64,000 bases of DNA from Bacteroidales bacterium (GCA_017517715.1 JAFWYO010000137.1:6018-70017), one strand, 5' to 3'; counted from the stretch's first letter, positions 44,850-55,920 are shown. The notes: generated by a model not told the origin, from the letters alone. Program-made: numbers and translations.

Positions 44850-45500
44850 CTAGAGTTGGTCGATGGTGTTGTCGGCGACGATGCGTCCGTGGTTGATGAT
44901 GACGGCGCGGCTGCACATTGCTTCGACTTCCTGCATTATGTGTGTCGAGAGGAGTATGATTTTGTTTTTTCCGGCGTTGCGGATCACTTTGCGGATTTCT
45001 TCCAACTGGTTGGGGTCTAGGCCTGTGGTGGGTTCGTCGAGGATGAGCACCTGTGGGTCGTGGATCATAGCTTGCGCCAGGCCTACGCGTTGGCGGTAGC
45101 CTTTGGAGAGGGCGCCGATTTTTTTGCCCAGTTCGGGCGAGAGTCCGGTGAGTTGTATCATTTCGTCGACGCGCTGCCGACTGTTTTTGACTTTGTGTAT
45201 ATCGGCGATAAACTGCAAGAATTCAGGGATGTACATCTCTGTGTAGAGGGGGTTGTGTTCTGGCAGGTATCCGATGCAGCTGCATACTTTCTGCGGCTCG
45301 TCGAAGATGCTGTAGCCGCACACTTTGGCGTCGCCTTCCGATGGGGGGATGAAGCAGGTGATGATTTTCATCAGCGTCGATTTGCCTGCACCGTTGGGGC
45401 CTAGCAGTCCGACGATTTCGCCGGGTTTGACGGCAAAGCTGACATCGTCCAATGCACGCTGCGAGCCGTAGAGTTTTGTTATGTGGTTTATTTCAAGCAC
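44850..45500 (-). CDS. ABC transporter ATP-binding protein (GldA-like)
   Basis: Walker A GPNGAGKST, signature LSKGYRQR and Walker B LILDEPT. I chose the GTG at 45500 (LEINHITKLYG) to avoid a 62-nt overlap with the amidase gene. Confidence 0.8.
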   Translation of the reverse strand: MLEINHITKLYGSQRALDDVSFAVKPGEIVGLLGPNGAGKSTLMKIITCFIPPSEGDAKVCGYSIFDEPQKVCSCIGYLPEHNPLYTEMYIPEFLQFIADIHKVKNSRQRVDEMIQLTGLSPELGKKIGALSKGYRQRVGLAQAMIHDPQVLILDEPTTGLDPNQLEEIRKVIRNAGKNKIILLSTHIMQEVEAMCSRAVIINHGRIVADNTIDQL

Positions 45501-45513
45501 GTTGGTTGGGTTT

Positions 45514-46836
45514 TCATTGTTCTTGTAGTTCGCGGGCTTCCTGGATGCTGATGCGTTTGCCGTTATAGAAGGCAATCACGAAGGCATCTTTGAATCCTTT
45601 TTTGCGCATTTCGTTTTGCAGGTTTTTGGCACGGGCGATGGTGGTCTCGTTGCCTATAGTGTAGCGGATGATGCCGTCTTGCTTGTAGAGTTGGTATCCG
45701 GTGACGCCTTTGAAGTCCTTGGCGCCCTCTTTGAGTTCTTTCTCGCTGGTGAGGAACTGTACACGGTAGGTGACGCCTTCGACAACCATTTCGTCTTTGC
45801 GTACTGTGGTCTGGATTTCAGGCTCTTCGGTGCGGAAGGGCTCTATCGAGGGTGGCACGTTCTTTTCGGGCAGTTCGATGTTGGCTTTGGGAGCCTCTTC
45901 GCCTTGCGACTGCAGGATGGTGGTGGCCAGGGCGTCGTCTTGCTGCATCTGGGCCTTGAGGGTGCTGTCGGCAACGGCATCGCCTTGTGGTACAGGTTTT
46001 TTGCCTTTGTTTTTGCCGTATCCGGGCAGGTCGATTTCCATCTTTTTGGGTTTGACGGACGATTCTTCGTGGGCCTTGTAGTTGGCAAAGGCGTTGAGCA
46101 GGCAAACGGCTATGGTGGCCTGTCCTTCGTCGGACATCATATAGGCCTCTTCGGTGGGGTTGCTGATGAAGCCCACCTCGGTGAGGACGGCCGGCATTGC
46201 GGTCTTGTAGAGGACGAAGAATTCGGCCTGCTTGACACCGCGATTGGTGGTCTTGATTGCTCCTTTGTATTGGTCTTGAGTGAATTGTGCGAAGTTGAGG
46301 CTTTTGTCGATATAGGCGTTCTGGTACATCGCGAACATCACGTAGCTTTCGGGCGAGTTAGGGTCAAAGCCTTTATATGCGCTGTTGTCTTTGTAGCCTT
46401 CCTCGAGCAGTATGTCGGCATTTTCCTTCTTGGCGACTTCCATATTGGCGCGGCTGCGCGAAAGACCCATCACATAGGTCTCCATACCGACGGGCACCGA
46501 GGTGGGGTGCGAGTTGATGTGGATGGAGATGAACAGGTCGGCTTTGGCGCGGTTGGCGATGTTGGCACGTTCGGCAAGGGTCACATCCACATCGGTAGTG
46601 CGTGTGTAGATGACATTGACGTCGGGGTAGTTGTCCTCGACGAGTTTGCCGAATTTTTTTGCTATGGAGAGGGTGAGGTCTTTTTCCTGGCTGTGTTTGC
46701 CAAGTGCACCTGGCTTGTCGCCACCGTGTCCGGGGTCAATAACGAGGGTTTTGACTTTTCCCGGCTCTCTTTTTTGTGAAAAAGCGACACCGGAAACGAT
46801 GAACAAAGCAATAAAAAATACAAATAAACGTTTCAT
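45514..46836 (-). CDS. N-acetylmuramoyl-L-alanine amidase with C-terminal SPOR-like domain
   Basis: The Amidase_3 start is VIDPGHGGDKPGA, followed by ISIHINS. The C-terminus (YRVQFLTSEKELKEG...) is SPOR-like. Confidence 0.82.
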   Translation of the reverse strand: MKRLFVFFIALFIVSGVAFSQKREPGKVKTLVIDPGHGGDKPGALGKHSQEKDLTLSIAKKFGKLVEDNYPDVNVIYTRTTDVDVTLAERANIANRAKADLFISIHINSHPTSVPVGMETYVMGLSRSRANMEVAKKENADILLEEGYKDNSAYKGFDPNSPESYVMFAMYQNAYIDKSLNFAQFTQDQYKGAIKTTNRGVKQAEFFVLYKTAMPAVLTEVGFISNPTEEAYMMSDEGQATIAVCLLNAFANYKAHEESSVKPKKMEIDLPGYGKNKGKKPVPQGDAVADSTLKAQMQQDDALATTILQSQGEEAPKANIELPEKNVPPSIEPFRTEEPEIQTTVRKDEMVVEGVTYRVQFLTSEKELKEGAKDFKGVTGYQLYKQDGIIRYTIGNETTIARAKNLQNEMRKKGFKDAFVIAFYNGKRISIQEARELQEQ

Positions 46837-46925
46837 TTACAAGTATATATTTTTTGTTTTTATGATTTGAGCAAATTATATTATCTTTGCAATTTGAAAA
46901 TGCAAAGATACTAAATTTTTAGATA

Positions 46926-49540
46926 TTGAGTATCAGAAAACCATATAATTTTCAACTTTGGCTTCTACTGCTCATTTTTGTGGTTGGAAGCGGGTTGGTT
47001 TCGTATGCCCAAGATACGGTTGGTATGCGTGTGCAAGTGCCTGACACTTTGACTGATGCAACTGACAGTACCGTTAGGGGAGGAAACCTTGTGCCGCTGT
47101 CGAAGGATGCCGTTACCGAGATTGTTTCGTATAAGGCTGTCGATTCGGTGGCTATCGATTTGGAGTCGAAGAAGGCCTTTTTGTACAAGGATGGCGAGAT
47201 CGACTTTGAGGATATGAACCTCAAGGCCGACGCTGTGGAGCTGGACTTCGACCGGCAGCAGTTGCGCGCTTGCGGCATTGCCGACAGCACGGGGAAATAC
47301 AAGGGGCGTCCGCTTTTCAAGCAGGGCGAGTCGGAATACAATGCCGACACGATACGGTATAACTATAAGAGTGGCAAAGGCTTGATTTATGGTGTGATAA
47401 CGCAGGAGGGAGACGGCTTTCTGCACGGCGACAAGATTAAGAAGATCAACGATTCGGTGATGTATCTGAGCAGTGGACAATACACCACCTGTAACTATGC
47501 GCATCCGCATTTGCCATCAATTTCTCGGAATCGAAGCTGATTACCAACGACAAGATATTGACTGGTCCGGCCTATGTGAGCATTGAGGACGTGCCGACGC
47601 CGCTGGCGCTGCCGTTTGCTTTTTTCCCTCTGGCGCACGACCGCACGTCGGGCCTTCTGCTGCCTTCGTATGGATGGATGAACGGACGCGGATACTACCT
47701 GAAAGACGGTGGCTGGTATTTTGCCTTCAACGACTATGTGGATTTGGCGCTGATAGGGGAGTTGTACACCAACTTGAGCTGGGCTCTCGAGGCACAGTCG
47801 AACTATTATCGCCGCTACAAATACAAGGGTAATTTTGACATTCGCTACGGTGTCACCAAAACCGGCATACGTGGCGACACAAATACATACAATAAATATG
47901 GTGACTTCAAGGTTACGTGGCGGCACGACCAGGACGCCAAGGCTAATCCCAACAGCCGTTTTTCGGCCAATGTGAACCTTATCAGCCGTAATTATAACCG
48001 CAATACAACCAACTCGTCCGACTATTTCAACAGTACAACCACGTCGAGTGTAAGCTACACTACTTCGATTGGTTCGTGGTTCAACCTGGCGTTGTCGGCC
48101 CGCGAATCGTACAATATCCAGACGGGTTTGATGAACATCCAGCTGCCGTCGCTGTCGCTGAGCAGCAACACGTTCTATCCTTTCCGACGCAAGATGCCGT
48201 CGGGAGCCTATCGCTGGTATGAAAACATTTCGATGTCGTATGTGCTTGAAGGTGCCAACAATATTAATTCGCAGGATACCAATCTGCTGAAGAAGAATAT
48301 ATTGAACCAGATGCAATATGGCATAAGTCAACGCGTCCCGGTGCAAAGCACGCTGAAGGTGCTGAAGTATTTCAACTGGACCAACTCGATGGCATACAAT
48401 GAGCGTTGGCACTGGTCGACGATAGAGAAGAACATTGACTCGACTGGAGCGCTGGTTATCGACACCGTCAGAGGGTTCCGCGCCAACCGGGATGTGTCGT
48501 TCAACTCGTCGCTGTCGACGCGCATTTATGGTATGTTCAATTTCAAATACGGCCCGCTGAAAGCTCTGCGTCACGTGGTCAATCCGAGCCTGTCGTTCAA
48601 TTTCAGGCCTGATTTCGGCAGCGACCGGTTCGGATACTGGAAGTCGTATACCGACACGACGGGCTATGTGCACCGCTATTCTATTTTCGAGCAGAGCCTG
48701 TATGGCGGACCGGCTGACGGTCGTTCGGGCCAGATAGGTTTTTCGATTGGCAATAACCTGGAGGCCAAGATAAAACCGCTGCGCGACACTAGCGACGAGC
48801 TGAAGAAAGTGATGCTGATAGAGAATCTGACGTTGTCGATGAATTACGATATTGCACGCGATTCGCTCAATTGGTCTAACCTGAATGTCAGCGGTCGAAC
48901 GACGCTGTTCAAGATGCTGGTACTTAACTATTCCGGTTCTTTTTCGCCTTACGAGATTGATTCGCTTGGCAACAAGCACAACCAGTTTTTGTGGAACACT
49001 CAGAAGAAGCTTTTCAAGCTGAACCAGTCGACGTGGAGCACGCAGCTGTCGTGGAGCCTGAACAACAACACTTTCAAGAAGGATGCCCCGAAGGGGCAGG
49101 GCACTATGGTGACTCCGATAATGCAGACGCCCTACGATTACAATCCGGCGCTGATGATGGGCACTTATGCCGATTTCTCGGTTCCGTGGAATGTGTCGCT
49201 GCACTATACGATGAGCTATGTAAGTGCTTACGATGCGGCGCGCTTCAACATAAATCGCAACATCACCCATTCGGTGACGGTGTCGGGCAATTTTTCGCTT
49301 ACCGAGAATTGGAAGTTCAATGTGTCGACAGGATATGATTTCACCAACAAGGGTATGTCGTATACCAGCATCGACATCTATCGCGACCTGCACTGCTGGG
49401 AGATGCGGTTCAACTGGGTGCCGTTCGGATACTACAAGAGCTGGAATTTTGTAATCAATATCAAAGCCAGTTCGTTGCACGACGTTAAATACGAAAAACG
49501 AGAAAATTATCAATCGAACCAGGGCTACTACGTGTATTAG
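46926..49540 (+). pseudogene. LptD/OstA-like LPS assembly outer-membrane protein, interrupted by a 1-nt frameshift near 47510
   Basis: ORFs 46926-47540 and 47558-49540 are collinear parts of one protein. Adding one T to the T3 run at 47510-47512 gives ..TTCNYAHPHFAINFSESKLITNDKILTGPAYVSIEDVP.. Confidence 0.7.
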
Positions 49541-49568
49541 TCTGATTGGTTGGGAAAAACATCATCAT

Positions 49569-49883
49569 ATGGAAACAAAACTGTACTACAGCATTGGAGA
49601 AGTGGCCGAAATGTTAGGTGTCAATACCTCGATGCTTCGTTTTTGGGAAACCGAATTCAAGGATTTGCGTCCCGTGAAAAACAAAAAAGGCACTCGCAGC
49701 TATACGCAGCAGGATATAGAATTGCTGCGCAGAATACACTATCTGACCAAGGAGTGCGGATTGACGTTAGATGGTGCACGTCAGCAACTTAAGAACGATA
49801 AAGCACCCGACAAGAATATGCAGGTTGTGGATACTTTGAAGGAATTGAAAAAATTTTTGATACAAGTGAAACAAAATCTGTAA
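49569..49883 (+). CDS. MerR family transcriptional regulator
   Basis: YSIGEVAEMLGVNTSMLRFWETEF is a MerR-type HTH. Length is 104 aa. Confidence 0.8.
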   Translation: METKLYYSIGEVAEMLGVNTSMLRFWETEFKDLRPVKNKKGTRSYTQQDIELLRRIHYLTKECGLTLDGARQQLKNDKAPDKNMQVVDTLKELKKFLIQVKQNL

Positions 49884-49962
49884 TTCTGCGTTATAGACAA
49901 TAACAACGTAACCGATTATTAACCAAATCAATCCCTTTTTATTAATCAAAACAACTCTCATT

Positions 49963-50706
49963 ATGAAAAATAAATTATTTTTCGGAAGCCTGGTATTGGC
50001 TATGTTTGCTTTCACATCGTGTGAAGGTATGATCACAAGTCTCAACGAAACCATCGAGGATGGCCTTTCTGGCAATGCTTCTTTGACGGTTACACGTGAA
50101 AGTCAGGATGGGACAATCACTGATTCTTTGAAATTCACTTCGAGCATTGTCGACGTATTCAACCTGTCGGAATACGATACGACGGCAATCGAAGGCCATT
50201 CGACCATAGCTATCAGTGCCAATGTCGACTTTGGTGAAGCAGATGTGGAACTGGAGTTCCCGTTTATGTATTATCGTCTGAACGATTCTGTCACAGGTGC
50301 TTACAACTTCGACACCATCTTGACAATGCAGATGCTGCAGAATTTCGATTTTGCCTCTTTGGTGGATATCCTTGGCAGTCCTGATGGTGGCAATATGATG
50401 GTGTTGGTCGAAAACGACAGCTGCTGGTATGTCACCTATAGTGGTCAGTTTGTCGTCACGGAATACCCGACGGTTGGTCATATCGTGAAAGGCAACTTCA
50501 GCAATGTCGAAGCATTGTATGTGACTCAAAGCAAAGTGAATGAGCTGAGCAATGATATCGAGAATATGAATTATGCCCATATTAACGATATAAATTATTA
50601 TTTCCCCAGAGTGACCCTTTCGGGCACGGTTTCGAGCCGCCGCTGGAGCGTCATACATAGCATCTTCAATGCTGCATTCCTGCAGGGTGGTATGGCATCA
50701 AAATAA
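49963..50706 (+). CDS. Hypothetical lipoprotein
   Basis: Lipobox MFAFTSCEG. Length is 247 aa. Confidence 0.6.
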   Translation: MKNKLFFGSLVLAMFAFTSCEGMITSLNETIEDGLSGNASLTVTRESQDGTITDSLKFTSSIVDVFNLSEYDTTAIEGHSTIAISANVDFGEADVELEFPFMYYRLNDSVTGAYNFDTILTMQMLQNFDFASLVDILGSPDGGNMMVLVENDSCWYVTYSGQFVVTEYPTVGHIVKGNFSNVEALYVTQSKVNELSNDIENMNYAHINDINYYFPRVTLSGTVSSRRWSVIHSIFNAAFLQGGMASK

Positions 50707-50715
50707 AACATTGCT

Positions 50716-51558
50716 TTGTGGCAAGTGAATAGCGTTAATAGTTTTTGCAAGAAAATTATGGTTATGGTGGCGTTGCTTTATGCGGCGCCACTTTTTGCAC
50801 AGTTCGATTATCCGTCGCTCGGCGGCAGGGGAGCTGCTATGGGTGGCGTGTCGTTGACGCTAGACGATGCTATGTCGGCTATGTCGGGTTCTGCCACGCT
50901 GGCATATGCGGAACGGTCGGCCATTGCTGTTGGCGCCAGGCAGGACTATCTGGCTGAGGGGATGGGTTATGCAATGCTTGGCGGCATTGCCAAAGTGGGC
51001 TTTGGCGCATTGACGGCCTCAATGGTGCATTTCGGCAACAGCGACTACAACGAGCAGATGCTGTCGCTGGCTTATGGTATTCCGCTGGGCAAATCGGTTG
51101 CTCTTGGTGTTATGCTCCATTATTTGCATTCCGGCACCTCAGACCCATATTATGACCCGATAAATGCAGCCACTTTTTCGTTGTCTGTATATGCTAGACC
51201 ATCGGAGGATTTCGGTCTGGGTTTCAAAACGTTCAATCCTCAATCGGCGTTTTTTGACGGCAACGGGAATCCGCATTTGCCGGCACTTATGAGTGTCGGA
51301 GTTTCGTATTTCCTGGCAGAAGACCTGCTGGCAGTTGCCGAGGTGGAAAAGAATATGTATCAAAAAGCTACGCTCCGCATCGGACTCGAATATTCCTTGC
51401 AGAATATGTTTCTTTTCAGATGGGGCATCAATACCGCTCCGGTAATCTATTCGTTCGGCTTCGGGATGCGGCTGAGTTCTTTTGGATTCGATGTTGCGGG
51501 CCAGATCCATAATGTCCTCGGCTTTACGCCGCAGTTGTCAATGTTTTATTGTTTCTGA
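50716..51558 (+). CDS. Putative outer-membrane beta-barrel protein (start uncertain: TTG 50716 or ATG 50758)
   Basis: Signal peptide KKIMVMVALLYAAPLFAQ, a GGRGAAMGGVS motif, and an aromatic C-terminus (MFYCF). Confidence 0.55.
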   Translation: MWQVNSVNSFCKKIMVMVALLYAAPLFAQFDYPSLGGRGAAMGGVSLTLDDAMSAMSGSATLAYAERSAIAVGARQDYLAEGMGYAMLGGIAKVGFGALTASMVHFGNSDYNEQMLSLAYGIPLGKSVALGVMLHYLHSGTSDPYYDPINAATFSLSVYARPSEDFGLGFKTFNPQSAFFDGNGNPHLPALMSVGVSYFLAEDLLAVAEVEKNMYQKATLRIGLEYSLQNMFLFRWGINTAPVIYSFGFGMRLSSFGFDVAGQIHNVLGFTPQLSMFYCF

Positions 51559-51559
51559 T

Positions 51560-53674
51560 ATGCGGCTGCGTCGAATCATATTCCTATATCTACTGATAAT
51601 CAGTATGCCATTTGCGACTGCACAATCGGATGATGTGGCGTGGGGTGAAATAATGGAACTATGGGCCGATCGGAACGATAACGAAACGATACCTGACGAT
51701 TTGGCTGAACAATTGCTCGACCTTTGTGAAAACCCAGTGAACATTAATGATACGAGCTATGAGAACCTGTCGCTAATTCCTTTTTTGACTGATTTTCAAC
51801 GTAAAGCCCTGTGCGCATATATCCTTCAGAACGGACAGTTGGTTTCGCTGAACGAGTTGTTTATGATTAGTGCCCTTGATACCAATACGATACGGATGCT
51901 TAGGCAGGTTTCTGTGGCGGAACCGGTCAAGGACACCCATCGTAGTCTACGGGAACTGCTGAAGCAGGGTCACAACACCTTCGTGACGGGCACTAAAAGC
52001 ACATTTCCTCGTAGTCGTGGGTATCAAGAAGATATCTATTTGGGCTCGCCATACAGATTTTATTTCAAATATGCCTTTAAGAGTGGGGACCGAATCAGTT
52101 TTCAACTGAGCGGTGACAAAGACGCGGGCGAAATGTTTTACTTTGGCCAGAGCGGCGACAAGAATCTTTATGGGCTTGATTACTATGGATACCATTTGAT
52201 GCTCAATAAGTTCTGGCGTTTAAAGAAGACGATTGTTGGTAAATATCATCTACAGTTTGGTCAAGGTGCAACGCTGTGGAGTGGCTATGCTCCGTGGATT
52301 TCTGGCACGACTCCGCTTTACCGTTATAATGTCGGAATACGGCCTGCCAGTGCCTTCTGCGAGTATGGTTTTCTTCGCGGCGCGGCGACTACGATAGCTC
52401 TGATGCCTGAGGGTAGGGGAGATAATCTGGACTTGACGCTCTTCTATTCGAATGTAGATCGCGACGCTACCGCATCCTCCGGTGGCGATTCAGAGCAAGA
52501 ACAGACCTACCAAAGTATCTATCAGTCGGGTTACCATCGGACTAGCAACGAGCTAAGCAAGAAAGGCAACCTTAACGAACAGCTGTATGGTGGCAACTTG
52601 CGATACCGGAACAGCCATATAAGCGCAGGTGCTACGGCTTATGCAACAGTTCTGGATAAAGCCATCGAACCTGCAGAATATGTATATAATCACTTTGTTT
52701 TCAGAGGGAAAAACAATTTCAACTTTGGCGTTGATGCTTCTTATAGTATTCGGAATTTTCTTTTTTTCGGCGAGGCGGCAATGTCTGTGAATGAAACATC
52801 TTTTTTGTCTGACGACGCTACGAAAGCTCTGCTGAAGTCGGACTGGATGCCGTTGGCTGCTGTTGTTGGAATGCATACGCATTTGGCTTCGAATAATACT
52901 CTTTCTGCTGTTTTCCGCTATGGTTCACCGACTTACCATAATCTACACGCTGATCTTATCGGTCAGGGTTCATCTGTGGCCAATGAGAGATGTTTTCTGC
53001 TGCTTTTCAAAACGCACTTGCCCTTTTATATCCATCTAGTGTCGTCTGCCAGCTATTCCTACTACCCTACATTGCGATACAATGTATATGCTCCTTCGTC
53101 TGGGGTTGACTATTACCTTGACCTTTCCAAGGAAATAGCACACAACACATTGCTCGAAATCAAATACCGTTACAAGCAATCGCAGAGGAACCGGCCTGAG
53201 CAGACTTACCAGATTGAAACGGTCAATCGTCAGCAGCTGCAAGCTACGCTCGACTATAGGCCTTCGCAGCAATGGCGAATGTTGTCTAGAGTGGTCTATT
53301 GCCGATTCAACGGAGAAGAGGATGACCCGAAAAACGGCTTCCTGGTTTTTTACGAAATTTCTTGGAATGGCCTGCTCTTTTCGCGTCCGGTTACTGCAGG
53401 ATTACGTTTGTCGATGTTTGATGTGGATGACTATGATGCCCGCATCTATTCGTACGAACGAGACCTTCAGTATGAATACGGTGTGCCTATGCTGATGGGA
53501 CGTGGGATGAGATGTTTTGTTGTTGGCCGCTATTCAATCACGCCGCGTATAACATTAGCGCTGAAATATACGTTGTCATACTATCCCGATCAACAAACAG
53601 TGGGGTCGGGATATGAAAAAATTGAAGGGAATAAGAGACAGGAGATTAAGGCTCAACTTCGGATGAATTTTTAG
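51560..53674 (+). CDS. Helix-hairpin-helix domain protein fused to a large beta-barrel-like C-terminal region
   Basis: I chose the ATG at 51560, which gives the signal peptide MRLRRIIFLYLLIISMPFATAQ. The ComEA-like HhH segment is NLSLIPFLTDFQRKALCAYILQNGQLVSLNEL. The C-terminus is LRMNF. Confidence 0.6.
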   Translation: MRLRRIIFLYLLIISMPFATAQSDDVAWGEIMELWADRNDNETIPDDLAEQLLDLCENPVNINDTSYENLSLIPFLTDFQRKALCAYILQNGQLVSLNELFMISALDTNTIRMLRQVSVAEPVKDTHRSLRELLKQGHNTFVTGTKSTFPRSRGYQEDIYLGSPYRFYFKYAFKSGDRISFQLSGDKDAGEMFYFGQSGDKNLYGLDYYGYHLMLNKFWRLKKTIVGKYHLQFGQGATLWSGYAPWISGTTPLYRYNVGIRPASAFCEYGFLRGAATTIALMPEGRGDNLDLTLFYSNVDRDATASSGGDSEQEQTYQSIYQSGYHRTSNELSKKGNLNEQLYGGNLRYRNSHISAGATAYATVLDKAIEPAEYVYNHFVFRGKNNFNFGVDASYSIRNFLFFGEAAMSVNETSFLSDDATKALLKSDWMPLAAVVGMHTHLASNNTLSAVFRYGSPTYHNLHADLIGQGSSVANERCFLLLFKTHLPFYIHLVSSASYSYYPTLRYNVYAPSSGVDYYLDLSKEIAHNTLLEIKYRYKQSQRNRPEQTYQIETVNRQQLQATLDYRPSQQWRMLSRVVYCRFNGEEDDPKNGFLVFYEISWNGLLFSRPVTAGLRLSMFDVDDYDARIYSYERDLQYEYGVPMLMGRGMRCFVVGRYSITPRITLALKYTLSYYPDQQTVGSGYEKIEGNKRQEIKAQLRMNF

Positions 53675-53678
53675 TGAT

Positions 53679-54425
53679 TCAGCCTTCAGTTTTAGGTATT
53701 GTGCCGTTCTCTACCAGCTTTTTGTAGGTCTTTTCTGCAGCCAGTTGTTCTGCAGCTTTGATAGAGAATTCGATGGCTTTTTCTGCAGGTTCACCATCAA
53801 GCAGCACCTGCACTTCGTATTCTTTCCTGCTGGCGTTCTGCTTGCCTTGAAATATTGTACGGACTACTTCGAACGAAACTTTCCGTTTCTCTTTTTGGCC
53901 CCAGTCGATAAGTTTGCTTTTGTAGTTCCAGTCTTGTTGCGAAAGGGCATCGACATCAAGGTGGAACCGTATTACCCTGTCGATGATTATTTTACGGGTA
54001 AAATTATACCCTTTTTCCATATAGATGGCACCAACCAGGGCTTCGAAGGCGTCGCCTTCGATGGATTTGAAAATACCTTGTTGTTCTTTGTTGTACTGTA
54101 TCAGTTTGGTAAGACCAATCTTGTGTGCTAGCTTGTTAAGGTTGGCTCGGCTTACGATTTTCGACCGCATTATAGTAAGGAACCCTTCGCCTTCGTAGGG
54201 GTACTTCTTGTAGAGATAGTCCGCAACAATGGCACTCAATACCGCATCGCCAAGGTATTCAAGACGTTCGTTGTTGATGCGTCGGCCTTTAAGGACTTCT
54301 ACCGATTTGGACTTGTGTATAAAAGCAATCTGATAGATATCGGTCCTTCGTGGAGTGAAACCTAAGATGTTTTTAAAGAAATTGTAAAAATCCTCGTTGC
54401 CTTTGTGTCTGTTGAACAATAACAT
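53679..54425 (-). CDS. rnc: Ribonuclease III
   Basis: The ERLEYLGDAVL signature plus a C-terminal dsRBD. I chose the ATG at 54425, directly after the fabF stop. Confidence 0.88.
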   Translation of the reverse strand: MLLFNRHKGNEDFYNFFKNILGFTPRRTDIYQIAFIHKSKSVEVLKGRRINNERLEYLGDAVLSAIVADYLYKKYPYEGEGFLTIMRSKIVSRANLNKLAHKIGLTKLIQYNKEQQGIFKSIEGDAFEALVGAIYMEKGYNFTRKIIIDRVIRFHLDVDALSQQDWNYKSKLIDWGQKEKRKVSFEVVRTIFQGKQNASRKEYEVQVLLDGEPAEKAIEFSIKAAEQLAAEKTYKKLVENGTIPKTEG

Positions 54426-54426
54426 A

Positions 54427-55674
54427 TCAGTCGAATTTGCGGAATGCCAGACTGACGTTGTGACCACCAAAACCAAAGGCGTTGCTGAGGGCGAAGCGCA
54501 CATCGCGTTTCACAGCCTTGTTGAAGGTGAAATCAAGAGGTTCAATGTTGGGGTCGTCAGTGAAGTGGTTGATTGTCGGAGGAATAATTCCGTTTTTGAT
54601 TGTCAGGATGGTAGCGATGGCTTCGATACTGCCGGCAGCACCCAGCAGGTGTCCGGTCATAGATTTTGTCGAATTCAGGTTTATTTCCTTAGCGTGCTTG
54701 CCGAACAGCCGTGCAATGGCTTTGGGTTCCGAGATGTCGCCAATCGGTGTTGAAGTTCCGTGGGTGTTGATGTGGTCTACATCTTCGAGGGCCATTCCTG
54801 ACTCTTCTACAGCTTGTCTCATAGCCTCGTAGGCCCCTTGGCCTTCGGGGTGAGATGCTGTTATGTGGAAAGCGTCTGCCGACAACCCACATCCTGTAAG
54901 TTCGGCATAAATCTTCGCACCGCGGCGCAAAGCGTGTTCAAGTTCTTCCAGAACCAAGGCTCCTGCACCTTCGGCAAGGACAAAACCATCGCGGTCCTTA
55001 TCGTATGGACGCGAAGCTGTCGCAGGATCGTCGTTGCGGCACGACAGGGCTTGCATAGAGCCAAAACCGCCTATACTGCATTCTGCCACAGCGGCTTCCG
55101 AGCCACCGGCAATAATCACATCGGCTTTACCCAACCTCAGTAGGTTGAAGGCATCGCTGATGGCTGCTGCCGATGAGGCACACGCCGCCACCGTGCAGTA
55201 GTTAGGCCCTTGGTATCCGTGCCTTATCGATATTAATCCGGCACAGATGTTGGAAATCATCCTTGTACAGAAAAAGGGACTGAAACGAGGTTTGCGTCCT
55301 TGGCGTTCAAATTCACTGACTTCTTCTTGGAAGCTGAGGACGCCACCGTTGCCGCTACCCCAAATGACTCCGACCCTTGTCCTATTGACTTTTTCGTCGT
55401 CCAGCCCGGAGTCCTTTATTGCCTCTTCCGAGGCTACTAGACCATATTGTGAGAAAAGGTCTAACTTTCTGATTTCTTTACGGTCAAAGAAATTTGTCGG
55501 GTCAAAACCCTTGACTTCGCACGCAATTTTGCATTTGAAGTCTGTCGTGTCAAAGCGAGTAATCGGTCCGGCACCACTTACTCCGTCAAGCATAGCTTGC
55601 CACGTTGTGGCGGTATCGTTACCTATCGGTGTAAGTGATCCCAGACCTGTAACAACTACTCTCTTTAGATTCAT
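54427..55674 (-). CDS. fabF: Beta-ketoacyl-ACP synthase II
   Basis: Active-site context TVAACASSAAAI, HGTSTPIGD and GHLLGAAG. Length is 415 aa. Confidence 0.92.
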   Translation of the reverse strand: MNLKRVVVTGLGSLTPIGNDTATTWQAMLDGVSGAGPITRFDTTDFKCKIACEVKGFDPTNFFDRKEIRKLDLFSQYGLVASEEAIKDSGLDDEKVNRTRVGVIWGSGNGGVLSFQEEVSEFERQGRKPRFSPFFCTRMISNICAGLISIRHGYQGPNYCTVAACASSAAAISDAFNLLRLGKADVIIAGGSEAAVAECSIGGFGSMQALSCRNDDPATASRPYDKDRDGFVLAEGAGALVLEELEHALRRGAKIYAELTGCGLSADAFHITASHPEGQGAYEAMRQAVEESGMALEDVDHINTHGTSTPIGDISEPKAIARLFGKHAKEINLNSTKSMTGHLLGAAGSIEAIATILTIKNGIIPPTINHFTDDPNIEPLDFTFNKAVKRDVRFALSNAFGFGGHNVSLAFRKFD

Positions 55675-55683
55675 AAAGAATCT

Positions 55684-55920
55684 TTATTTTCCAGCATTTT
55701 CGATGAAGGAGATAGCGTCACCGACGGTGGCGATTTTCTCAGCTTCGGCTTCAGGAATCTGGATGTCGAACTCTTTCTCAAGTTCCATTATTAACTCAAC
55801 GGTATCGAGCGAATCAGCTCCGAGATCATTGGTGAAACTAGCTTCCGGAGTAACATCTTTTTCATCGACACCAAGCTTATCAACGATGATAGCTTTTACT
55901 TTAGTTGCAATTTCAGACAT
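55684..55920 (-). CDS. acpP: Acyl carrier protein
   Basis: From the internal ATG: [18 protein letters not shown]...[17 protein letters not shown]. Length is 78 aa. Confidence 0.92.
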   Translation of the reverse strand: MSEIATKVKAIIVDKLGVDEKDVTPEASFTNDLGADSLDTVELIMELEKEFDIQIPEAEAEKIATVGDAISFIENAGK

